DNA from: Candidatus Eiseniibacteriota bacterium
GTDB lineage: Bacteria > Eisenbacteria > RBG-16-71-46
Direction of reading: 5' to 3'
Length of the DNA: 64,000 nt
NCBI GenBank assembly: GCA_044223005.1
Contig: JBGAML010000013.1
Coordinates: 32,001-96,000, forward strand
A program made the position numbers and the translations under genes. Positions within the stretch are counted from its first letter, which is position 1; the number at the start of each line of letters is the position of its first letter. This document shows positions 28,881-39,076 of this stretch, one piece after another. The notes beneath the pieces were generated by a model. That model did no database searches. It had not been told where the DNA came from and worked only from the letters and a program-made list of their open reading frames with translations.

Positions 28881-30716
28881 GTGCACGCCTACCTGCGGCT
28901 CCTGCGGCTGCTGCGGCCGTACCGCCTGAAGCTGGCGGCGGCGCTCGTGTGCATGGTGCTCTACTCGGTGACGGCGACGCTGTCGCTGACGCTGATCCAG
29001 CCGTTCATGCACCTGATGTTCGCGACCGCGAGCGGCACCACCGCCTCGCCGGTCGACACCGTCGGCAGCGGCCCGATGGCGGGCGTGGCGTGGCTCTCCG
29101 CGCCACTCGCGGGCTGGAACCACTGGTTGTTCGATTCGCGGCCATTGATCGGCTTCGAGCGGCTCTGCTTCGTGGTGCTGGTGCTCTTCTTCCTCAAGAA
29201 CGTGGCCGACTACGCGTCGTCCTACCTCAGCGTCGCGGTGGAGCAGGGCGCGATGCGCGACCTGCGCCGGATGGTGTTCGCGCACCTCCAGCGTCTCTCG
29301 CTCGGGTTCGTGCACGGCAATCGTGCGGGCACGCTGATCTCGCGTGCGACCAACGACGTCGACGCGTTGCGCGACACGCTGGCCGCGAGCATCAGCAACA
29401 TCATCAAGGACGGCCTCACCCTCGTCGGCTACCTCGCGGTGACGTTCTCCGCGTCGTGGCGGCTGGCGCTGATCTCGCTGCTCGTGGGCCCGCCCGCCGG
29501 CCTCGCGCTGACCGCGGTGGGTCGCAAGATGCGCAAGCGCTCGGGTCGCACGCAGGAGCGCATGGCCGAGATCACGCACGTGCTGCAGGAGACGATCACG
29601 GGCGCGCGGGTGGTGCGGGCGTTCGGCATGGAGCGGCACGAGGAGGCGCGGTTCGATCGTGCGAACACCGGCTACTTCCAGGCGTTCGTGCGGCTGCGCC
29701 GGGTGTCCGCGGCGCTGAAGCCGTTCAGCGAATACGTGATCATCCTGGTCGCGGTGGTGATCGCGTGGGCGGGCGCGCGCGAGATCTTCGTGCACCGTAC
29801 CCTGCCGCCGGAGCGGCTGTTCCAGTTCGTGGCGGCGCTGCTCGCGACGATCTCACCCATCAAGAGCCTCTCCGAGGTGAACAGCAAGGTGGCGACCGGG
29901 CTGGGCGCGGCCGACCGCGTGTTCGGACTGCTCGACACGCCGCCGGCGATCGCCGACCGGCCGGGCGCGCGGCCGCTGGCGCCGCTGGCGGAGGCGATCC
30001 GCTACGAGGACGTGAGCTTCGCCTACGACACCGGCGCGCCGGTGCTGCACGACGTCTCGCTCGCGGTGCGGCGGGGCGAGGTCGTGGCGCTGGTGGGGGC
30101 GAGCGGTGCGGGCAAGAGCACGACGCTCGACCTGCTCGCGCGTTTCCACGACCCGACGTCGGGCCGGATCACGATCGACGGCGTCGACCTGCGCGACGTC
30201 ACGGTGGCGTCCCTGCGCGGACAGCTCGGGATCGTGACGCAGGAGACGATCCTCTTTCACGACACCGTGCGGGCGAACATCGCCTACGGCCGCGCGGACG
30301 CGGACGACGCCGCGATCGAGGCGGCCGCCCGGGCCGCGCATGCGCACGACTTCGTCGCGAAGCTGCCGGAGGGCTACGCGACCCTGATCGGCGACCGCGG
30401 CGTGCGGCTCTCCGGCGGCGAGCGGCAGCGGCTCGCGATCGCGCGGGCCCTGCTGCGGAACCCGCCCGTGCTGCTGCTCGACGAAGCCACGTCGTCGCTC
30501 GACACCGAGAGCGAGCGACTCGTGCAGGACGCGCTCGAGCGCCTCATGCGCGAGCGCACCGTGCTCGTGATCGCGCACCGGCTCTCGACCGTGCAGCACG
30601 CGGACCGCATCTGCGTGTTCGAGGCCGGGCGGATCGTGCAGGTCGGCACGCACGCCGAGCTGGTCGCGGTCGAGGGGCCGTACCAGCGCCTGCACGCGCT
30701 GCAGTTCCGGGACTGA
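28881..30716 (+). CDS. msbA: MsbA-like lipid A ABC flippase
   Basis: ABC exporter TM domain plus NBD (GASGAGKS, LSGGERQR, LLDEATSSLD, IAHRLST) inside the LPS cluster. Confidence 0.85.
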   Translation: MHAYLRLLRLLRPYRLKLAAALVCMVLYSVTATLSLTLIQPFMHLMFATASGTTASPVDTVGSGPMAGVAWLSAPLAGWNHWLFDSRPLIGFERLCFVVLVLFFLKNVADYASSYLSVAVEQGAMRDLRRMVFAHLQRLSLGFVHGNRAGTLISRATNDVDALRDTLAASISNIIKDGLTLVGYLAVTFSASWRLALISLLVGPPAGLALTAVGRKMRKRSGRTQERMAEITHVLQETITGARVVRAFGMERHEEARFDRANTGYFQAFVRLRRVSAALKPFSEYVIILVAVVIAWAGAREIFVHRTLPPERLFQFVAALLATISPIKSLSEVNSKVATGLGAADRVFGLLDTPPAIADRPGARPLAPLAEAIRYEDVSFAYDTGAPVLHDVSLAVRRGEVVALVGASGAGKSTTLDLLARFHDPTSGRITIDGVDLRDVTVASLRGQLGIVTQETILFHDTVRANIAYGRADADDAAIEAAARAAHAHDFVAKLPEGYATLIGDRGVRLSGGERQRLAIARALLRNPPVLLLDEATSSLDTESERLVQDALERLMRERTVLVIAHRLSTVQHADRICVFEAGRIVQVGTHAELVAVEGPYQRLHALQFRD

Positions 30717-30719
30717 CGC

Positions 30720-31766
30720 GTGGCTCGCGCCAGGCCGGTCGCCGTCCCGGACGGGGGCTTCCGCGAGATCGCGGTGCTGCGGCTTTCCTCGCTCGGCGAC
30801 GTGGTGCTCACGCTGCCCGTGGTGCACGCGCTGCACGCGCGCTGGCCGCAGGCGCGGCTGCACTACTGGGTGAAGGAGGAGTACGCCGCCGTCGTCGCGC
30901 ACGATCCCGCGATCGCGCACGTGCGACGGCTCGAGAAGGACGCGCGCGCGGTGCACGACGTGGTGTCGATGAGCGCCGAACTCGAGGCCTGCGACCTGAT
31001 CGTGGACCTGCACGGCAACACGCGCACCCGCACGCTGGCCTTCCGCCAGGCGGCGCCCGTCCTGCGCGCGCGTTCGTGGCGGCTTCGCCGCGCACTCTGG
31101 GTGCACGGCCGGGCCCTGCGCCCCCGGCCCGTACCGAATGCGCTCGCGCGCTACGCCGAGGCGCTGGCGCCGCTCGGCCTCGAGGTGCCCGGCGTGCCGC
31201 GCGTCACCGCGGGCGAGGCGGCCGAGCGCTGGGCGGAAGATCGGCTCGCGGTGTGGGGCGCGGGGCCCGCACCGGTGGCGCTCGCGCCGGGGGCACTGCA
31301 CGCGACCAAGCGCTGGCCGGAAGAACGCTGGTGCGCGCTCGACGCGGCGCTGGCCGCGCAGGCGCGACGGCGGCTGGTTTTCAGCACCGCGGCCGAGAAG
31401 CGCGCGCTCCCGGAACTCGCGCGCCGGATCGAAGCCGACCCGGCCGCCCGCTGGGTGACCGAGGATCTCGCGCGCGTGGCGGCGCTGCTGTCGCGCTGTT
31501 CGACCGCGGTGACGCACGACAGCGGCCTCATGCACCTGGCCGCGGCGCGCGGGCTGCGTGTGGTCGCGCTTTTCGGCAGCACCTCGCCCGTGCTCGGCTT
31601 CGCGCCGGCCGGGGAAGGGCACGCGGTGCTGTGCCGGAACGAGCCCTGCCAGCCGTGCACGCTCCACGGCCGCGCGGCCTGCCCGAAGGGCCACTTCCGC
31701 TGCATGACGGGCATCGAGCCGGGCGAGGTGCTCGCGGCGGTGGCGGAGCGCGCCGGGAACCCCTGA
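30720..31766 (+). CDS. GT9 LPS heptosyltransferase
   Basis: RLSSLGDV, DLH, TKRWP, DSGLMHLAAA, FGST, CQPC..C...C. Confidence 0.9.
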   Translation: MARARPVAVPDGGFREIAVLRLSSLGDVVLTLPVVHALHARWPQARLHYWVKEEYAAVVAHDPAIAHVRRLEKDARAVHDVVSMSAELEACDLIVDLHGNTRTRTLAFRQAAPVLRARSWRLRRALWVHGRALRPRPVPNALARYAEALAPLGLEVPGVPRVTAGEAAERWAEDRLAVWGAGPAPVALAPGALHATKRWPEERWCALDAALAAQARRRLVFSTAAEKRALPELARRIEADPAARWVTEDLARVAALLSRCSTAVTHDSGLMHLAAARGLRVVALFGSTSPVLGFAPAGEGHAVLCRNEPCQPCTLHGRAACPKGHFRCMTGIEPGEVLAAVAERAGNP

Positions 31767-31789
31767 ACCCGGACGCGGCGGATTTCCCG

Positions 31790-31818
31790 TTCCGCCCCGC
31801 CCGCGGCTGCGCTAGGCT
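31790..31818 (+). promoter_or_regulatory. candidate promoter for the metalloprotease gene
   Basis: TTCCGC-17 bp-TAGGCT upstream of ATG 31852. Confidence 0.35.
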
Positions 31819-31851
31819 GGTCCCAACCGACCGGGGCCGAGATCCGTTCGC

Positions 31852-34800
31852 ATGGTATCTGCCGGCCGACATCGCGTCCCCCGCAGCGCGCTGGCCACGC
31901 TTCCGTGGCTCGTCGCGCTGTTTTCGTTGCATGCGGGCGCCGTGGCGTGGGCGCTTCCCGGCGATGCGGCTGCGCGTGCTCGGGCCGTGGAGGCGTGCGT
32001 CCGGCGGCTGGGCCCCGAGTCGTTCCGCCCCGACACCGACGCCTTCGTCGCGACGCGTGTCGACCACGCGCGCGGGCTCTGGTGCGTCGCCGTCGAACAG
32101 CGCTGGAACGCTCTCCCCGTGGTCGGCGTCGACCTCAAGGTCACGCTCGACGAGTCCGGCCGCGTCGTGTTCGAGGCGGGAAGTCCTCAGGCCGGGCTGC
32201 GGCCGTCTGCCGGGCCACTGCTCGGCGCGCGCGCCGTGACGACGCTCGCCGCGCGGGCCGCGGCTCGCGCGGCGGACGCGCCGTCGGCGTGCGAGCCCGT
32301 GATCTCGCTGCGCGACGGCGGTGCGCGGCACGCGTGGCGCGTCACGTGGAGCGACCTCGCGCCGCCGCGCCCGCGCACGCTCGTGCTCGACGCGGCGACG
32401 GGAGAGGTGCTCGCGCGCGAGGGCGAGCCGATGCCGAGCGTGGGCCTCGTCTACCCCCGCGACGGCCGCGATGCGCTGCAGGAGGTCGCGCTCCCCGGGC
32501 TCTCGGGCGACGGCACGCGGCTCGTCGGCCCGCGGCTCGACGTACTGCAGGCGGGGCTCGGGCAGCTCACGAATCCCGCGGGGGATTTCCGGATCGTGCC
32601 CACCGATCCCGACACGACGCGATTCGACGACGTCGCCGCATGGTGGCGGGCGCAGCAATTCCTCGCCTGGCTGTGGACGCGCGGCTACTCGGGTTTTCCC
32701 GACACGCTGCACGTTCGCGTGCACGCCCCGACGGCGCCGACGCTCGCGAACACGGTCGACAACTACGTCATGCTCGGCGAAGCCTTCCCGGGCTACACGC
32801 GCGACCCGGCAAAGGGCACCGACATCCTGGTGCACGAGACCCAGCACGCCGTGAGCTGGGGCTTCGGCCTGCGCCACGGCGGCGCCGAGGTCGATGCGCT
32901 GAACGAAGGGCTGTCGGATTACATGGCCGCCGCGATGACGAACGATCCGGTGATCGGCGAGTGGGAATACGTCGGCTTCCCCGGCGGCGCCACCACGGTC
33001 GCGAACGATCCGGCGGTCTACCGGTACGGCCGGTTCAACTTCGTCGCCTACGGCGCGGCGACGGCCGGGACGACGTGGGCCAACGGGATGATCTTCTCGG
33101 GAGCGCTCTGGGACCTGCGCTCGGCCGCCGGCGCGACCGCCGACTCCCTGGTGCTGGAGGCGCTGCGCATGGTGAACGCGACGCCGTGCTTCGCGGACTT
33201 CGCGAACGCGACCCTCGCCGCGGACACGCTGCTGCACGGCCGGCGTCACGTGGCGGAGATCCACGCGGCCTTCGGGCGGCGCGAGATCGTGGGGACGTCG
33301 GACGCGTCGCTCGTCGGCCTGGGCGTGGTGAACGGGGGCCAACCCGCGACCTACTCCGTGACGGGCGGCGTCCTCTCGACCCCGTCCGGGACGAGGTGGA
33401 CGGTCCGGCACGAACGGAGCGGCGTGCCCGTGGACTCGCTGGTGGACGTCGCGACCGGCGCGGCCTTCACATGGTCGGACACGGTCGATTTCGTCGTCGT
33501 CGCGCGCGTGCCGACGGTGTGGGCTGGATCGCGAGTCAGCCTGCTGCGGCGGGTCGTGGTCTCACCCACGATGGCGACGATCGTCGGGGCCGGGATGCGA
33601 TTCGCGGGACAGCCCGACACGCTCTCGCTGCTGCCCGATCCGCGGATCGTCCCGGACTCCACCACGTGGTCCGTCCTGCGCTCGTGCGGCAGCGGGTGCT
33701 CGCGGCTGGATCCGCTCGGCCCCGGCCTGTCGGTCGTGCTCGCCGACACGGTGAGCTACCAGGTCCTCGTGCGCACGCGTTCGATCTGGGGCGAGCCGCT
33801 GGCGTCGCAGTTCAACGTCGCCGTCGTTCCCGTGCCGCTCGGGGCCACGGGCCCGGCACGCCTCAACGGAACGGAACCGGGAACGTTCCGCGTGCCGCCC
33901 AACCCGAATCTCGCCGGACCGCCCGTCTGGTCCGTCGGCCCGGCTTGCGGCGCGGGGGGCTGTCCCGAGCCGGAATCCCTGGGCACCGGCACGGTCTTCG
34001 TGCACGCGGCCGACGCGTCGTTCCGGACACGGGTGAGTGCGCGGACGCTCTGGGGTCACACGGCGTCCGCGGAGCTGCAGACCACCGTCGTCCCGATCGC
34101 ACTCGCGGTCTCCGGACCGGCCAATCTCGCGCCGGGGCAGCTCGGGACGTTCACCGCCGCCTACGATCCGCGTTTCGTCACGGCCGGACCGACGTGGTGG
34201 ATCCAGCGGCGACGCGACGGCGCGGCGTACGGCACTCGCGACTCGATCGGCCGCGGATGGACGATGCGCCACGCCGACACGCTCGATTACGTCGCGACCG
34301 CCGTCGCCCGCACGTCGTGGGGCAGCGATCTCGCCGACACCGTGGCGGTGCTCGTCCAGACGCCGCTGGTCGCGATCCGGGGACCTGGCTGGTTCGATGG
34401 CGCAGCGAACCCGCTCCGCTTCACGCTGGAGATCGGCATGCCCGGACGCTGGACGGTGATCTGGGGCATCTACCCGGTCCCGCGCACGGGCTCCGGAAAC
34501 CGGTTCCACGGCGCCGACACGCTCGAGTGGACCGGAACGGGCACGTTCGACATCGGCGTCACCGTGATCGACTCCGCCGGGCACCTCGGCAACTCCGAAC
34601 GCCGGGTGTGGCGGCCCTCGCTCGGCCTGGTCGTTCCCGACGCCGCGCCGGCGGACGTGCCGGTGAACCTGGTCGCGTATCCCGACACGCTGTTCGCGGA
34701 CATGCAGGCGAGCTGGGAGGTGGCGCCCGATGGCCCCGGCGGTCCCCAGGGGTGGTCGGAGGCGGCCGTGGGCTTCACGTGGTCCACGGCATCGGCGCGC

Positions 34801-35412
34801 GATCGCTGGGTCCGCGCGAGCGTGCGCGGGCGCGACGGCTACCGGATCGTCTCCGACGCACGGCTGCTCACGATCGCGCCACCGCAGGTGTCGGTGCGCC
34901 CGTTCGCGGGAGTGCCCGGGGCGGGGCTCGCGTAACGCGCGAGCGTGTCCGGCGCCGCGCCGCTCGAACTCGCGTGGAGCGTGCACGCACCGGGAGCGCC
35001 GCCCCACGCGATCACCGGCACGCCGGACGGCGCCGTCACGGTGAGCGAGTGGCCGCCGTTCGTGGTCGTCGCGAGCGCGACCGACGCCAACGGCCGAGTG
35101 GGAGCGGATTCGATCAGTGTCGCCGCGGACGGATCGCTCGCCGGCGGCGACATGGGCGGCTTCGGGGTCGCGTGCCCCGCGATCGCCGATGCCGAGCTGT
35201 CGCTGCTCCTCTGGGGGCCGGCGGCGCCCGAGGCGCGCCTGCGCGTGTACGACACGGCGGGCCGGCTGTGCGCGGACTGGCTCCCCGGCGGCCATGCGGG
35301 CGGCGCCCGCGTCGTGACGCGCCGCACGGCGGACCTGCGCTCGGGCGTCTACTTCTGCCGCTTCAGCGCGGGTCCGCTGCAGCAGGTGCGCCGCATCGTC
35401 GTGGTGCATTGA
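31852..35412 (+). pseudogene. secreted M4/M36-like zinc metalloprotease with Ig/PKD-like repeats and a FlgD/T9SS-like C-terminal domain, interrupted by an in-frame TAA at 34933-34935
   Basis: Signal peptide, FTP- and PepSY-like propeptide, HETQH + ALNEGLSD gluzincin motifs, about 7 beta-rich repeats. ORFs 31852..34935 and 34945..35412 are in the same frame, separated only by TAA. Could also be a sequencing error or a functional truncated protein. Confidence 0.7.
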
Positions 35413-35430
35413 GGCGCCGGCCGGCGGGTC

Positions 35431-35459
35431 TGGCGCGACGCGGAGCCTTGCCCTAGACT
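35431..35459 (+). promoter_or_regulatory. candidate promoter for the proS operon
   Basis: TGGCGC-17 bp-TAGACT upstream of proS. Confidence 0.4.
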
Positions 35460-35523
35460 CGCGCGACTTTCACCCTGCGCCCGTCGCGCGGTCGCGCGCG
35501 GCGCCAACCCCGGGAGAGCGGTC

Positions 35524-36969
35524 GTGAGCGAGGCCCAGAAGAAGCAGTTCGTCGAGGAGTTGACCGACCAGACCGACGATTTCTCGCGCTGGTACAACGA
35601 AGTCGTGCGCAAGGCACAGCTGGCGGACTACACCCCGGTGCGCGGCTCGATGGTGATCCGGCCCTACGGCTACGGCCTGTGGGAGAACATGCAGCGCCTG
35701 CTCGACCGGCGCATCAAGGAAACCGGGCACCAGAACGCCTACTTCCCGCTGCTCATTCCCGAGTCGCTGCTGCAACTCGAGGCGGATCACGTCGAGGGCT
35801 TCGCGCCCGAGTGCGCGTGGGTGACCGAGGGTGGCCGCGAGAAACTCGAGGAGCGCTACGCGATCCGACCGACGAGCGAAGCGATCATCGGTCACATGTA
35901 TTCGCGCTGGATCGAGTCGTACCGGGACCTGCCGGTGCTGATCAACCAGTGGGCGAACGTCATGCGCTGGGAGAAGGTGACGCGCCTCTTCCTGCGCACC
36001 GCCGAGTTCCTGTGGCAGGAGGGGCACACCGCGCACGCGACCGAAGCCGAGTGCCTCGAGGAAGTGCTGCGCATGCTCGAGGTGTACCGCGACTTCGTGG
36101 AGAACGAGCTGGCGATTCCCGTCTACGCGGGCAAGAAGAGCGACGCCGAGCGGTTTGCGGGTGCCCAGGACACGTACACGATCGAAGCGCTCATGAGGGA
36201 CGGCAAGGCGCTGCAGGCCGGCACGTCGCACCACCTCGGCCAGCACTTCGCCAAGGTGTTCGACATCACGTACCAGGACGAGGCGGGCAAGCGGCAGTAC
36301 GTATGGCAGACCTCGTGGGGTGTCTCGACGCGGCTGATCGGTGCGCTCGTCATGACCCACGGCGACGACCAGGGGCTGCGCCTGCCGCCGAACGTCGCGC
36401 CGATCCAGGCGGTGGTCGTGCCGATCTGGCGCAAGGACGAGGACCGTGCCGCGGTGCTGGAGTTCGTGAGCAAGGTGAAGCAGGCCGTCGGCGGCCTGGT
36501 GCGCCTGCACGTCGACGACCGCGACCAGTACACGCCAGGCTGGAAGTACAACGAATACGAGATGCGCGGCGTGCCCGTGCGCCTCGAGGTCGGCCCCAAG
36601 GACGTGGCGAACGCGGCGGTGATGAGCGTGCGCCGCGACACGCGCGGCAAGGAGTCGATCCCGCTCGCGTCGCTGGCGGAGCGCCTGCCGGCGCTGCTCG
36701 CGGACGTCCAGCGCTCGCTGTTCGAGCAGGCGAAGGCGTTCCGCGACGAGAACACCGCACTCGCTTCGACGAAGGACGAGGTGATCGCGCACTTCGCCGC
36801 CGAGAAGCGCGGCTTCGTGGCGGTGGCGTGGGACGGTTCGGCGGCGTTCGAGGGCGAGATCAAGGAGCGCTGCGGCGCGACGCTGCGCTGCATGCCGTTC
36901 GACCTGTCGCGCTTCGGCTCGCTCGAGAAGCCGGGGCACCGCGTGGCACTCTTCGCGCGGTCCTACTGA
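35524..36969 (+). CDS. proS: proline--tRNA ligase (archaeal/eukaryote-like type)
   Basis: DFSRWY, HVEGFAPE, IRPTSE, QWANVMRWE, FLRTAEFLWQEGHT, ERFAGA, SWGVSTRLIG, terminal ARSY; no INS editing domain. Confidence 0.96.
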   Translation: MSEAQKKQFVEELTDQTDDFSRWYNEVVRKAQLADYTPVRGSMVIRPYGYGLWENMQRLLDRRIKETGHQNAYFPLLIPESLLQLEADHVEGFAPECAWVTEGGREKLEERYAIRPTSEAIIGHMYSRWIESYRDLPVLINQWANVMRWEKVTRLFLRTAEFLWQEGHTAHATEAECLEEVLRMLEVYRDFVENELAIPVYAGKKSDAERFAGAQDTYTIEALMRDGKALQAGTSHHLGQHFAKVFDITYQDEAGKRQYVWQTSWGVSTRLIGALVMTHGDDQGLRLPPNVAPIQAVVVPIWRKDEDRAAVLEFVSKVKQAVGGLVRLHVDDRDQYTPGWKYNEYEMRGVPVRLEVGPKDVANAAVMSVRRDTRGKESIPLASLAERLPALLADVQRSLFEQAKAFRDENTALASTKDEVIAHFAAEKRGFVAVAWDGSAAFEGEIKERCGATLRCMPFDLSRFGSLEKPGHRVALFARSY

Positions 36970-38009
36970 GCGAGGCCGCGACGGACCGCGCGCGCGGCAG
37001 GTGGCCGGAGGGCGGGCGCATCGGCGTGCGCCTGCCCAACTGGCTCGGCGATGCGCTCATGGCGCGGCCGTTCCTGTTCGCGCTGCGGCGGGAGGGAGCC
37101 GGCGCCCGCATCACGGCATGGGGACCCGCCGCGGTCCTCGGGCTGCTCGCGGGTGACGCGTGCTGGGACGAGGCGCGCCCGTGGCCCGACGCGGCGCCGG
37201 CCCCCGGGCTCGATGCGATGTTCGTGCTGCCGCCCTCGTTCTCGAGCGCGTGGCACGCGCTGCGGACGGGCGCGCGCGAGCGTGTCGGCTTCTGCGGGGA
37301 CGCCCGCGACCTGCTGCTCACGCGCGCGGTGCGCCGGCCCGACCGCGGCGAGCGGCACCTCGCGAGCGAGTACCTCTCGCTGCTCGGACCGGTCGCGGGC
37401 CCGCCGCCGGCGCCGCCCGCGTTGCACGTCGACGAGGCTGCGCGGCTCGAGGGCGACGCGCTGCTCGCGAGCGAGGCGGCCGGGGAGCGGCCGATCGCGC
37501 TGCTGGCGCCCGGGGCGATCTACGGCCCCGCCAAGCGCTGGCCCGTGGAGCGCTTCGCGCTGCTGGCGCGCGAGCTCGCGGCGCAGGGCCATGCGGTCTA
37601 CGCGTGCGGCGGTCGCGAGGATCACGAGGCGTGCGGGGCGCTGATCGCCGCGGCGGGCATGCTGCCGGGCGGGCGCGTCGCGGCCCGCGGGCTGGTGGGG
37701 CGCACGACGCTACCCGTGCAGGTGGCGATCGCCGCGCGTGCCGCCGTCGTGGTGAGCAACGACTCGGGCTTCGCGCACCTCGCCGCGGCGGCCGGTGCCC
37801 CGACGGTGGCGATCTTCGGCTCGACGAGCAGCGCCTGGACGGCGCCGCTCGGACCGCGGGTCGCGATCCTGCAGCGGCCGCCCGTCTGCTCGCCGTGCTT
37901 CCACCGGACGTGCGCGATCGGCTACGACTGCCTGAAGGCGGTGAGCGTCGCGGACGTCCTCGGCGCCGTCGCCGCGCTCGCGACGTCGGCGCGGGAGGGC
38001 GTGGCGTGA
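36966..38009 (+). CDS. waaF: LPS heptosyltransferase II (GT9)
   Basis: PNWLGDALMA, SFSSA, LAPGAIYGPAKRWP, NDSG.AHLAAA, CSPCF.RTC; start uncertain (CTG 36966 or GTG 37026). Confidence 0.88.
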   Translation: MSEAATDRARGRWPEGGRIGVRLPNWLGDALMARPFLFALRREGAGARITAWGPAAVLGLLAGDACWDEARPWPDAAPAPGLDAMFVLPPSFSSAWHALRTGARERVGFCGDARDLLLTRAVRRPDRGERHLASEYLSLLGPVAGPPPAPPALHVDEAARLEGDALLASEAAGERPIALLAPGAIYGPAKRWPVERFALLARELAAQGHAVYACGGREDHEACGALIAAAGMLPGGRVAARGLVGRTTLPVQVAIAARAAVVVSNDSGFAHLAAAAGAPTVAIFGSTSSAWTAPLGPRVAILQRPPVCSPCFHRTCAIGYDCLKAVSVADVLGAVAALATSAREGVA

Positions 38010-39067
38010 GGATCGTGGCGCTGGGCGCGACGATGGTGGCGCGCACGGGCCGGCTGCGCGCGGCGCTCGCGTCGCTCGGTGCGCGCGGGCACGACGTGAT
38101 GTGGGTCGGTCCCGCGGCGCCCGTCGGCGAGGGCGTGCGGCGCGTGCGGGCGCGCGAGGCGATCACGAGCGGTCCGGTGGACCTCGTCGCCGGCGAGGGC
38201 TCGCTGCTGCGCACGGCGTGGCTGGCCGTCCGGACGCGTGCCCGGGGCGTGATCTTCGGGGCGGGTGCGCGGCACCTGCACGGCTGGAACCTCGCGCAGG
38301 AGATCGCGTGGGGCGCCGTGCCGACGTACGCGCTGATCGAACCCGCGGAGGCGGCCGACGCCGAAGCGAAGGTCGACGCCCGCCACCACGACCGGATCGT
38401 GCTCTGGCCCGACGGAAGCGGCACGCACGATCCCGATCCCGCGCACGCCGACGCCGAGGTGCTCGAGCGTGCCGGCGAGCGGTTGCTCGCGGAGCGCCGC
38501 GGCCCGCGGCCATGGCCCGCGGCGTTCCTCGATCGGGACGGGACGTTGATCGTCGAGCACGGCTATCTCGCCGATCCGGACCGCGTGCAGCTCCTGCCGG
38601 GCGTCGTGCGCGGGCTGCGGCAGCTGCAGTCGGCGCATGTGGCGCTCGTCGTGATCTCCAACCAGGCCGGCGTGGGGCGCGGCAAGTTCCCGCTGTCCGC
38701 GGCGTGGGCGACGATGGCCCGGCTGCGCCGGCTGCTGCGCGCCGAGGGCGTCGAACTCGACGCGGTCCGCTTCTGCCCGCACGCGCCCGACGCGGGCTGC
38801 CCGTGCCGCAAGCCCGCGCCCGGGCTGCTGCTCGACGCGGCGCTGGACCTCAATCTCTCGCTGCCGGGCTCGGCGATGGTGGGGGACAAGGCGCTCGACG
38901 TGGACGCGGGGCACGCCGCGGGCAGCTCGGGCGTGCTCGTGCGTACGGGCTACGGCCGCGAGGAGGAGGTGCGCCTCGCACGCGACGGCGCGCCGCCGCC
39001 GGAGGCCGTGGTGGACGACCTCGAGGCCTTCGCGGCCTGGGCGATCGGGCGGCTCGAAGCGCTCTGA
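38006..39067 (+). CDS. gmhB: GmhB-like heptose-1,7-bisphosphate phosphatase (HAD-IIIA) with a ~170-aa N-terminal extra domain
   Basis: FLDRDGTL, VISNQAG, CPH...CPCRKP, MVGD...D, VRTGYG; GTGA overlap with waaF. Confidence 0.82.
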   Translation: MRIVALGATMVARTGRLRAALASLGARGHDVMWVGPAAPVGEGVRRVRAREAITSGPVDLVAGEGSLLRTAWLAVRTRARGVIFGAGARHLHGWNLAQEIAWGAVPTYALIEPAEAADAEAKVDARHHDRIVLWPDGSGTHDPDPAHADAEVLERAGERLLAERRGPRPWPAAFLDRDGTLIVEHGYLADPDRVQLLPGVVRGLRQLQSAHVALVVISNQAGVGRGKFPLSAAWATMARLRRLLRAEGVELDAVRFCPHAPDAGCPCRKPAPGLLLDAALDLNLSLPGSAMVGDKALDVDAGHAAGSSGVLVRTGYGREEEVRLARDGAPPPEAVVDDLEAFAAWAIGRLEAL

Positions 39068-39076
39068 GCCGCCGGC

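Noticed and set aside
31767..35523. Metalloprotease region as a mobile element or genomic island
   Set aside because: No integrase, transposase, tRNA site or flanking direct repeats were seen.
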